DNA of 64,000 nucleotides, taken from contig OX597825.1 of the NCBI GenBank assembly GCA_951406725.2, forward strand, positions 73,470,001-73,534,000, given 5' to 3'. A model generated the notes under the pieces. That model searched no databases, was not told the origin of the DNA, and worked only from the letters and a program-made list of their open reading frames with translations. Both the position numbers and the translations under genes were made by a program. Each line of letters begins with the position of its first letter. Position 1 is the stretch's first letter. The DNA is from Octopus vulgaris (taxonomy: Eukaryota). Positions 15,700-27,631 of the stretch are shown here, piece after piece.

Positions 15700-16100
15700 A
15701 ACCTGCCTTGGCAACTGCAACTGGATCTGTGGATTTTGAAGAATTGGATTCTTCATGATGACAATGCACCCTGTCATCACGCTCTCCTCACTTGTGAGTT
15801 TCTTGGCAAAACCAAAACATGGCATCACTTCTGCTCCTGCAGAAATCAATTTGATGGATTTAGCATCTGCAGATTTCTGTTTCTGTTTCTTCTTCAAGAT
15901 GAAAATGCAACTCAAAGATTGTTGTTTTATCACCGTTGTCAAGATTTAGAGCAAATCGCAAAAGGTCCTCGACTCATTATGGAAAACAACTTCCAGGCCA
16001 GATTCCAAAATTGGCAGGAAAGCAGGGACTGGTGTATTGCTGTACAAGGTGACTATTTCAAAGACAATGCTATTAAAACTTATGTGAATAAGTTATTTTT
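15700..16100 (+). mobile_element. Mariner transposase C-terminal fragment (frameshifted)
   Basis: WILHDDNAPCH, DLASADF (degenerate YSPDLAPxDF) and FQNWQESRDWCIAVQGDYF motifs spread over two frames. Confidence 0.85.
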
Positions 16101-16364
16101 TAATACAGTTCTGTATTTAAGAGATGAGGAATTATGTACATTATTTACATTATTTACATTATATACATTTGACAGATATTTGTCATCTTGTTTGTTTTGT
16201 TTTTGTTTTTTGAGTCTCTACATCTACATAAGAAGGTTAGATGGTTTGAAAGACAAGCTGGTTTTTGATGGCTTTTCTCTATATGTCTCCATTGAAGTCC
16301 AATGTCGGCTCCATACTAATTAGATAATACAGTTTTATATTTAAGAGATAAGGAATTATGTACA

Positions 16365-16465
16365 TTATTTACATTGTTTACATTTAACAGATATTTGTCC
16401 TCATCTTATTTGCTGAACAAACAAGATGAGGACAAATATCCGTTAAATGTAAATAATATAAATAA
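16365..16465. repeat. Inverted repeat (48-bp arms, 5-nt loop)
   Basis: ttatttacattgtttacatttaacagatatttgtcctcatcttatttg ctgaa caaacaagatgaggacaaatatccgttaaatgtaaataatataaataa. The left-arm region is also duplicated directly at about 16100-16195. Confidence 0.92.
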
Positions 16466-16829
16466 ATTATTTTTTCTGAAGCATAACTAATCTAGAAACC
16501 TTTTGATACAACCTCACATGTCTACAGCATAGGTTCAGAAGAAGGATCGAAGGTCCTTTCTTTGCCATGGCTGATAAGGCCAGTTTCCTGGATTCTGTAT
16601 TGTATTCATTCTCTCCCTGGATGGGACACCAGTTTGTGGGAGGTTTACTCATTTTCACCTGTTGAGTAGACTGGAGCAACACAAAATGCAGCATTTTGCT
16701 CAAGAACACAAATGCATCACCTGGTCCAGGGATTGAAACCACAATATTATGATTCAGAGTGCAACACCCAAACCAATGAGTCCACACTGCAGGGTGTTAT
16801 ATAAATATGTATATATATATGCATGTCGA

Positions 16830-17255
16830 AATTAAATCAAATTTGATGACTGGCACCAGTGCTAGTGGAGCACTAAGAGCACCATCCGGGCGTGATTGTT
16901 GCCAGAGCGGCTAACTGGCATTTGTGCCAGTGGCATGTAAAAAGCGCATATCGAGTGTGACCGTTACCAGTCTCGCCTTACTGGCACTTGTGCTGGTGTG
17001 CAGGTGACACGTAAAAAAAAACACAATTTTTTCGTGGCCGTTGCCAGTACCGCCTGACTGGTCCTTGTGCCGGTGGCATGTAAAAAGCACCCACTGCACT
17101 CTCAGAGTGGTTGGCATTAGGAAGGGCATCCAGCTGTAGAAACTCTGCCAGATCAAGATTGGAGCCTGGTGCAGCCATCTGGTTCGCCAGTCCTCAGTCA
17201 AATTGTCCAACCCATGCTAGCAGGGAAAATGGACGTTAAGCGATGATGATGATGA
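16830..17255 (+). mobile_element. Family C retroposon copy
   Basis: Colinear with 19530-20002. Confidence 0.8.
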
Positions 17256-17342
17256 GGAGGAAGAGGAGGATATATTTTTATGTCTGTCTGAATGTAACTA
17301 TGTAGGTATTTAGTTATGTTATGTATACAAGTGCATACATAA

Positions 17343-17375
<33 letters not shown>

Positions 17376-17865
17376 AATATAAATGTGTGCATGTATGTAT
17401 GTGTGTGTGTATGTAGAAACTATGTCGGAAAACAAAGAAGAGACGGGCAATTAAGTCATTGTTAAAGCACAACAGAATCCCACTGTAGTTCAACAGAAAC
17501 CAAATAGATTTAACATTAACATAATTATTGAAATCAACATATATATATATTAACATAAATAATAAATTAACATAAATTAAAAGGGAGCAAGTCGGAATAA
17601 TGTTAAAGAGTCATGCAAAACTAGACACTTTGAATAAGACAAAGAATTTGTAGATTCATCAAATCCATTATCATCTGATTATCATGCGAATGGTTTATCA
17701 AAGACAGAATGAAAAAAGTGGACACTGGCGATAGACATCTACAAAGTGGTACATCTAGCTTAGGTGCTCTTATATACATATATTTACATACATGCATATT
17801 TAGATGCTTATCCATATTTAGATGTATATATATACATATATACATTATACATATATGTATTTATG

Positions 17866-17911
<46 letters not shown>

Positions 17912-17962
17912 AGATGTACTTGCATAGCAAGTGTCCTGATCTGAGATTGTGTGCTGAAACGA

Positions 17963-18152
17963 AAACAATTGCAGCGTGGAAAGTGTTTGTAAGCCATTTA
18001 AGAAACACACAAAAGCCGTTTGATTCACTTCAACATTTAAGTTTAATTTGTCAAAATATTTTCGTCGCTTTAAGACCGTGACCTGTTCACTGACAAAAGT
18101 CCATGCTGCATCTCTTAAATGGCTTACAAACGCCTTCCACGCTGCAATTGTT
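17963..18152. repeat. 40-bp inverted repeat enclosing the G3-C8 hammerhead motif
   Basis: aacaattgcagcgtggaaagtgtttgtaagccatttaaga / tcttaaatggcttacaaacgccttccacgctgcaattgtt. The element is flanked by (TA)n on both sides. Confidence 0.9.
18047..18097 (-). ncRNA. Minimal hammerhead-like motif with G3-C8 core variant
   Basis: Minus strand reads tttgtca-GTGAACA-g-GTCAC ggtcttaaa GCGAC-GAAA-atat-TT-tgacaaa. Perfect 7-bp stem I, stem II with one mismatch, palindromic stem III AATATT. Confidence 0.6.
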
Positions 18153-18224
18153 ATATATATATATAAATATATATATATATAAATATATATATGTATATAT
18201 ATATTTTTAGATATGTAGATATGT

Positions 18225-18263
<39 letters not shown>

Positions 18264-18304
18264 TATTGATTTCAAAGTAAAGCACATTGCTAGCAATTTC
18301 AAGG

Positions 18305-18480
18305 AAGGGGCTAAGTCAATTACATCGACCCCAGTGTTCAACTGGTACCTAATTTATCAACCTTGAAAGGATGAAAGGCAAAGTCGACCTTGGTGGAATT
18401 TGAACTCAGAATATAAGGATAAAGGAAATGGCACTAAGCATTTCGCCTGGCATGCTAACAACTCTGCCAAATTGCTATCT
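18305..18480 (-). mobile_element. SINE family B
   Basis: Reverse complement of family B. Confidence 0.75.
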
Positions 18481-18603
18481 TAATACGTATATATATATAT
18501 TATCTATATCTATATATTTATCTGTCAATCTTTCTGTCTCAATATACACATATATTAAATATGGGATATAAATATATGTATGCATAAACATCTATATCTG
18601 TCA

Positions 18604-18681
<78 letters not shown>

Positions 18682-18792
18682 GTATCTACCTATCTATCTA
18701 CCTACCTACCTACCTACCTACCTACCTACCTACCTACCTACCTATATATCTATCTATCTATCTATCTATCTATTTATCTATCTATATATATG

Positions 18793-18865
<73 letters not shown>

Positions 18866-19196
18866 ATGATGGCCATCCACCCGTGACCAAGGAAGACCAC
18901 TGGTGACCGTCAGGAACATCGTGTGCTCTAGGACTAACTTATTTTGCATTTGCATCTCTGTTGGTGGCTAATGACCCCTGCTCTTGACAAGCATATAAGA
19001 CTGCAAACATTGCAGACCATGCTTTCCCCATTCACTACACCAGCAGTGCATATTCAAGCAGCATGCTTAAGTTCTTCATGCAGAATACGTGCTCTCTCAA
19101 AGGCATCGCCCCCCCTCCTTAACCTGCTTCCTCCATCTGTGACGATGACAGGTATTGCTCTCCCAGTCAGTCTCCTGCATATCACAGGCCAATATA

Positions 19197-19235
<39 letters not shown>

Positions 19236-19238
19236 ATA

Positions 19239-19323
<85 letters not shown>

Positions 19324-19332
19324 GTATATATA

Positions 19333-20002
19333 TTGGGCCTCACCGCGGAAAATGACTAGTGACTGAGACTTTTGGAAACATGCTGTGCTTGAGAAGACCC
19401 GGCAAGCCAAGTGAGACCATAACCTTGTGGCCTATTCCAGGGGTGTAACCAGCCCACTTATGAGTACCGTTCCTTCATTGGACACTAAACTCTGCTTGTG
19501 AAGACCTGTTGAGGCAAGTGATATCGAAATTGTAATCAAATTCGATGACTGGCATCCATGCTAATGTAGTGCTAAGAGCACCATCTGAGCGTGATTGCTG
19601 TCAGAGCAACTAACTGGCTTCCTTGCCGGTGGCACATAAAAAGCACCATTCGAGCATGATTGTTACTAGCGTTGCCTTACTGGCACTTGTGCTGGTGGGA
19701 CGGGAAAACACATTTGAGCGAGGTTGTTGCCAGTGCTGCTGGACTAGCTCCTGTGCAGGTGGCACATAAAAAAACACAATTTGAGCATGGCAGTTGCCAG
19801 TACCGCCTAACTGGCCCTCGTGCTGGTGGCACGTGAAAGCATCCACTACACTCTCAGAGTGGTTGGCGTTAGGAAGAGCATCCAGCTGTAGAAACTCTGC
19901 CAGATCAAGATTAGAGCCTGGTGCAGCCATCTGGTTTGCCAGACCTCAGTCAAATCATCTAACTCATGGTAGCATGGAAAGCAGATGTTAAACGATGATG
20001 AT
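19333..20002 (+). mobile_element. RTE LINE 3' end with long 3' UTR and (GAT)n tail (family C)
   Basis: LGLTAE/MTSD*DFWKHAVLEKTRQAK*, then a UTR shared with many copies in the window (ggttggcgttaggaagggcatccagctgtagaaactctgccagatc...aaacgatgatgat). Confidence 0.65.
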
Positions 20003-20069
20003 ATATATATATATATATAAATTCATAAATGAGGGTGAAAAATTAGATATTAATTTAATAATACCGTCA

Positions 20070-20113
<44 letters not shown>

Positions 20114-20854
20114 ACAGATGTGTTATATCTCTAAACTTTACTGAATTCAAAGTTAAAATGTTAAGAAACGAAGCCTGAATCTGCATTCTTCATAGTTTAA
20201 ACTGTAAGGTCAGTATAATCTGCTTTAACCTGGATTATATAAAACATCCTTTCATTTCACACTAATCCTAACTAATGATGCCATGTGTATTAAGAATCTG
20301 GAGTTTGTTAATTACTCTGTTGAGACCTGGATGTAATCAGGATTCTAGATTAAAGAGAATGACGGAATAGGTAAGAAAATAATTGCTGACATTATTATTA
20401 AGTCAGAATTATTTTGTTAATTCTGTAGACTTATCTATCTGTCTGTCTGTCTGTCTGTCTCCCTCATTCTCTCTCTCTATAAATACACATACGTATAACA
20501 CTTTATATTATATCATCATCATCATCATCATTTAATAACCATTATCCATGCTGGTATGAAATGGATGGTTTGACTGGGCTGGCACATTAGAAGGCTGCAC
20601 CAGACTCAAGTCTGATTTGCCATGGTTTTCTATGGCTGGATGCCCTTCCTAACACCAAGCACTCCTAGAGTGTAATGGGTGCTTTTACGTGCCACTGGCA
20701 TGAGTGCCACTTTCAATGACGCTAATATCTGCCATGACTGCAATTTTGCTTGGCATAACGCGTTCACTTCTCAAGCACGGTATGATGCTAAAGGTATTGG
20801 TCATGGTCATTGCGTCTGTGAAGCTCAAAGTTCGAAAGCATATGTATAAGCATA

Positions 20855-20914
<60 letters not shown>

Positions 20915-20948
20915 CATATATATATATACATATATATACATATATATG

Positions 20949-21004
<56 letters not shown>

Positions 21005-21148
21005 TATGTATGTATATATATGTAAAAATGTATATATATATACATACTTATACTTACACACACACACACACACACACATATATGTACATATATACATATA
21101 CACACAGAGGCACATTCGTATGCACATATACAGATATGTATATTCATG

Positions 21149-21179
<31 letters not shown>

Positions 21180-21504
21180 GTGTATATATATATATGTACA
21201 CAGACGTGTATGTATATATATATATATATATCATTATACACATAAGGAATAGACGGGGATAAAGTAACCAGTCAGGCACTATGCAAGCATTCAGTTATAA
21301 TGCAGGTTATGGTTGGACCTTGAATAAAGCTGCATAATCTTAATAACCAATCAAAAGTAAGTGGATGTAAATACAATTGCACAATTGCAAGATGGCTAGG
21401 CAACAGAAACGTGCTTCAGACACATTTAAATAAAATATGCTGTATAATTGTGTTCTGGAATATAAATGTGACACTGTGCTAATCTCTGTATTCTTTGCAA
21501 TTAC

Positions 21505-21700
21505 TGGTGAGCTGGCAGAATTGTTTGCACACCAGGAAAGATTCTTAGCAGTATTTCATCTGTCATTGTGTTCTGAGTTCAAATTCCACCGAGGTTGACT
21601 TTGCCATTCATACTTTCAGAGTCAATGAAATAGGTACCAGTTCTGCACTGGGGTCGACATAATCAACTAGTCTCCTCCTCCAGAATTTCAGGCCTTGCGC
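21505..21700 (+). mobile_element. SINE family B, diverged
   Basis: Colinear with family B. Confidence 0.75.
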
Positions 21701-21753
21701 CTATTTTAGAAGGATTATTATACATATACATACATACATATAAATACATATGC

Positions 21754-21794
<41 letters not shown>

Positions 21795-22294
21795 TACACG
21801 CATACATATGTGTGTGTGTAGTTAGTTGGGATTTTCACATAAAGCACTTCCATAGTGTTGGCTATCAGAAGATTGTAAAATAGGATTCTTTTCCATTCTA
21901 TCACTCGAACTGTCTGAAAGTCCACAAATATCCATAAATTGTTTATAATGACAAATATTATAGACTGGCTTTAGCAAATTATTTTAATACTTCATATACA
22001 ATTGTTTCATCATTATTCAATATGATCAATATTTTTGATTGATCATAATGATGGATCAATTGTGAATTAAATATTGAAATAATCTTGTAATATATTTCTT
22101 TGGTATTTCTCATCATCATATATATATATATATCAATAGACATACATATATATATATAGGTATATATATATATATATATATCACATGATCATGTGACCGA
22201 CCAGTCCATCAGATGTAGTTAGACATCGCTGGTCACAATGCGTTTGCATTGTTTTAGCCTTCGAATGACGCCACCCCGCTGGCTAAGCAAGCAG

Positions 22295-22335
<41 letters not shown>

Positions 22336-22380
22336 CCAGATGAGTGTATTTTCCCCTTGTTGATGAATTTCGTTTTTTTC

Positions 22381-22467
22381 ACTTCCCTGAAGAGAAGATT
22401 GCATTGTTTTATACCATTTATTCTTTTGAATACTATCAGTGAAATCCTCGAAACATGTGTCAAAAGT
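22381..22467 (+). ncRNA. Type I hammerhead ribozyme motif, partly decayed
   Basis: acttcc-CTGAAGA-gaagattgcattg...cagtgaaatcctc-GAAA-C atgt G-TC-aaaagt. Core intact, 13-bp stem II with 2 mismatches, stem I actt/aagt with the 2 proximal pairs broken. Confidence 0.7.
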
Positions 22468-22532
22468 AAAAGTATTTGATTTAGACCTGCGTTAAACTCC
22501 ATTTATTTATTTATATACATATATATATATAC

Positions 22533-22583
<51 letters not shown>

Positions 22584-22621
22584 CATATATATATATATAC
22601 ATATATATTATATATATTATA

Positions 22622-22715
<94 letters not shown>

Positions 22716-24315
22716 ATGTTATGTAGATAATGAAACAGCAGAAGGTATTGGCAATTATTGTATGTTAATGTAAAATGTAAATTTGTAGATCTATAGTTTA
22801 TAAAATTGAATAATCTATAAACTCAATGATTCAGGGTTAAAATGATTATGAAAATTCTCTCAATAAATAATGTATATAAATTGTGAAATACAGAGAAATA
22901 ATATAATATGGATGTAACTGCTTGCACAACCTAAATCTTGAAGATACTTCCTTGTTTAAGACAGATATTTCATGAATAAATAATGAGATGGATTTTCTAT
23001 GTAGTTATTTGAATGTTTCAATTAGCAATGAGAATCTTCGTTTGAATAAAAAAAGAAAAAATTTAATGAGTATGAAAATCCTTAAAATTGTTCAATTCTA
23101 AGAATCCTTAAATGCATCAAAAATTTGAAACAGAGCAAATGGTAAATGTCTCACTCGGATGTTGGTTAGGACAGTTTTTTTTCTTATAATTATATTTGTT
23201 GTATTATTTTTTCATTATTTCATTTAATTAAATATTTAATTTTTGTATTTGGTTTGCAAGGTTCTTGATACGAAGTCAAATGTTGAAAGAGGTTCTGTTG
23301 CACATTGGGACGGTCATCACACCAATAATAAACACACACACTGGTTTTATTTCACTTCTTTATTATTCATCAGTTAACTATTTAAAATGTTAGCTAATCA
23401 ATTGACTGATTAATTGTTTGATTAATTAATCATTCAGTTATATTTCTCAAAGTTCTTTCATCACCATCTCTTCAGTGACATATCCTCTCTGCTGCAGGTC
23501 AGTTCAGGATTAAGCAAACAATTGATTAATGAATTGGTTAAATAGTTAACCAACCAGTGAACAAAACCAGTGTGTGTGTGTTTATTATTAGCATAATGAC
23601 CCTCCCAAAATACAACAAAAACATTGATTAAATTCAATTCATGCCAAATATTTTTTGAAATATAGCTACTAATGTGAGGGCTACAACAACAACGACATGA
23701 TGACAGAAACAATGAAAAAACGGATGTATTTCTCCAAGACTAATTAACTAATTATAAAAATAACAAAATAACAATGACAACAACAAACAAACAACGAAGA
23801 TGATCATTTTTTTTTATTAAACATTTCTTTGTTTTTTTTTTTTAAATCGGAAGTATCATGACCCAGATTAAAAATTCGGACAGCTAAATCCGCAGATTAG
23901 CTAAACCTTGTGATGTTGAGTGTGTTTCTAATGATTGACGACAAGAAACAAAAAAAAAAAAAACGCTACGGTATGTGTTATGTTAGTGACAATGATAGGA
24001 GAGCACCTACACAAAGTTCCTAATAACATGAGAGTAAAATAAATTCTTAGTCGAACATATACAAAACTGATACACATAAAAAAAAAAAAAAAAAATTGAA
24101 AAGCCGGTAGCAGAGGAAGCAAAAAACAACAATATAAGCTCTGTATATGAATTGTTGTTAGTTTAAAGACATTACCTTCTGATGGGAAAAGCAGAGGAAA
24201 TAGAATTAAGAAAGAAAAACAAAAATAATAATACAATAGAATACAGGTATAAGGATCCAACTGGAAAATTCAAAATATTAAAATTTTAATATGTGCATGT
24301 GTATATATCTATATC

Positions 24316-24361
<46 letters not shown>

Positions 24362-24364
24362 ATG

Positions 24365-24395
<31 letters not shown>

Positions 24396-24401
24396 CATAT
24401 A

Positions 24402-24532
24402 CTTTATTTAAAGCAGCAGAAAATTCAACAAAACCTGTTACTCTGATTTTCCCGTTGCCGTTCGTCGGACAAACGGCAACGGGAAACTCAGAGCAACAGC
24501 TTTTGCTGAATTTTCTGCTGCTTTAAATAAAG
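24402..24532. repeat. Long inverted repeat (61-bp arms, 9-nt loop)
   Basis: ctttatttaaagcagcagaaaattca...cccgttgccgtt / aacggcaacggg...tgaattttctgctgctttaaataaag, 4 mismatches. Confidence 0.95.
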
Positions 24533-24880
24533 CATATTACTCTACCACTGGTATTTGAGTACTCTTTTTTCCACCTTGTTTCACATTTATGTGTTTACTC
24601 CGGCATATATATCATATATATATATATATATATGTATGTATATGTGTGTGTGTATACGTATACATATGCATATATATCTCTATGCATATATCCGTGTGTT
24701 AAAATGTATTTACATATATACATGCATATATATGTATACACACACATCTATTTATATATATACACACACACACACATATATATACATACATGCATATACA
24801 TATACACACACATATTTATGCATATATGTATATGTAGGTATACATACATGCATATATATATATATGTAGACACATATATA

Positions 24881-24920
<40 letters not shown>

Positions 24921-25289
24921 ATCCCACCCACCCACACACCAACACACACACAAATACATATATATGTATGTATGTATAAATATATATATGTGTGTGTGTG
25001 TGCATGTGTGTGTGTGTGTATAGGACATTGTTCTGGTAATCGTATATGTCAACAGTTAGCAAAAGAACTGCGTGTTGAAGACAAGGCATTGTACAAAGAG
25101 AGATGTTCATGTTTTTACAATGTCTCTAAGGTGTTTAGTGAATAATCACTTTGCCGAACCAACAGCTGGTTGCGTCATGACACATGTTATAAGAATATGA
25201 ATGACGTTGTATAGGTATGTATGCGTGTATGAGTGTGTGTGTGTGTGTGTGTGTGTGGCTGTGTATATACATACATAGTTACATAGGTA

Positions 25290-26192
25290 TACAAGGTCTG
25301 ATCAATAAGTATCGGGATGGTTGCCATAGTAACGAAGCTAAAGCATGCAGAGTGAAGCCACTTGGCACAGATTGACCTTGAACTCTGCTGTGCATGTACA
25401 CTAGCTTTCAATTTTCTAGCTCACAACTGCTGTTTACAGCAGTGCTTGGAAGGAAGGTGTGTAGCATGTGATCGTCGCATTGACCATGACAAAGTTGTCT
25501 TGACAACATCTGTTCAGAGGCCTATGCACAGTTGCAGAAAGTGTATAGAGAGGGGTGCATGAGTTGCAAACAAGTGTACGAGGGGTTCAGACGTTTCCAA
25601 GATGGCTGAGAAAATGTCGATAATTGACGAACGTTCTAGGAGGCCTGCAATCAGCAGAACTAAGGAAAACATCACAGATGTGCACACAGTTGTGAGGGGA
25701 AATCGTCAAGTCACCATTCGTGAATTATTATAGGATGTGCAGATTAGTTACGGTTCAGTTCAGTCCAGTCCATTATCACTGAAGAGTTTGGTATGAGATG
25801 AGTATCTGCGAAGTTTGTGCAAAAACTGCTTTCGGCTGACCAAAAAGACACTTGGGTTTCAGTTGTACAAGATCTTGATTGAGTCAAGAACGATGAAAAT
25901 ATTTTGAAAACTTTGCATAGGTCTCTGAGCAGGTAAGACCCAGCTTTTGGCAAAATTTGATGTAGTTTCTCTGTTCAAATTTGTCATGGTCAATGTGACA
26001 ATGACACACTTCCTTCAAATCTCACCTTCCTTCCAAGCACTGCTGTAAACAATGGACATGAGCTAGAATGGTAAAACTTAGCGCACATGACCAGCAGAGT
26101 TCATGGTCAATATGTGCCAAGTGACTCCAGTCTCCATGCTTCAGCTCCTTAACTATGGCAACAGGCTGCATACTTATTGATCAGACCACGTA
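25290..26192 (+). mobile_element. Non-autonomous mariner (Tc1/mariner) element with long TIRs
   Basis: About 170-bp inverted termini (tacaaggtctgatcaataagtat... / ...atacttattgatcagaccacgta) with TA on both sides. Internal decayed transposase N-terminus QVYEGFRRFQDG*ENVD..DERSRRPAISRTKENITDVHTVVRGNRQVTIRE. Confidence 0.88.
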
Positions 26193-26341
26193 TACAAATA
26201 TACATACATATATGTGTATAGTTGTGCGTTTGTGTATATATATATGTATATAAATATTGAAGTATATCCTCCAAAAATTACACACACACACATATATATA
26301 TATTCATACACATAAATAGATATATATAGATATATGAATTG

Positions 26342-26372
<31 letters not shown>

Positions 26373-26524
26373 ATATACATATACACACATGCATGCATAT
26401 GTAGATACATATGTGTGTATATGTGTGTATATACATGCATATATATAGAGATACATGTATATATATATATATATATATGTATACACATGAATTCATATAT
26501 TCGTATGTAAATACATACATTCAT

Positions 26525-26574
<50 letters not shown>

Positions 26575-26614
26575 ATGTATGAATGTTTGTGTCTACATAC
26601 GAATATATGAATTC

Positions 26615-26665
<51 letters not shown>

Positions 26666-26707
26666 CATATATACATATTCATCTATATACATACATATAC
26701 ACATATA

Positions 26708-26744
<37 letters not shown>

Positions 26745-27261
26745 TACACATATATGGAAGATGAAGATATACAGGTGAGGCAAAAGTTTATAGGAGTAAT
26801 GAGAAAGCAGACCAAAAGAGATTAAACATACATCTTCTTAGAAGGATTCATATCATTTATACAACAGCAACAGCAACAACAACAACAACAACAAAGAAAA
26901 GAAGAGATTTAAGATGAAAGCTTTCTAATAAGTCTGAAATACTGTTAATCAATAAGAGGAATATATATATTAGGTATATACATATATATGTATAGGATAT
27001 ATAATATAGAAGTCACGAATTATAGATATCGCGAGAATGTTGTTTATTGGACACGCACATACACACACACGCATGCAGATATATATACACACACACACAT
27101 TGGTGCACACGAACATACACAAACATGGCTGCACACACACACATGCATGCACATGCACGCACACACACATGTACGCACACAAGCACTTTTAAGTACTTAA
27201 AAGCAAGCCATGCTTTGTTTGAATGATTCATATATTAAAATGAAGAAATGTGTATATATAT

Positions 27262-27361
<100 letters not shown>

Positions 27362-27566
27362 GTATATATATCTATGTATATGTGTGTATCTATAATATAT
27401 GTATATATATTGACACATATATATGTGTGCGTGTGTGTGTGTTTCTATATAAATATATTTCAAGAAATATTTATTCCACAAATTATACAATCTAATGTTA
27501 AATGATGATTATCATACACACACACACACACACACATATTATATTTGTATATGTCTATACATAAAC

Positions 27567-27631
<65 letters not shown>

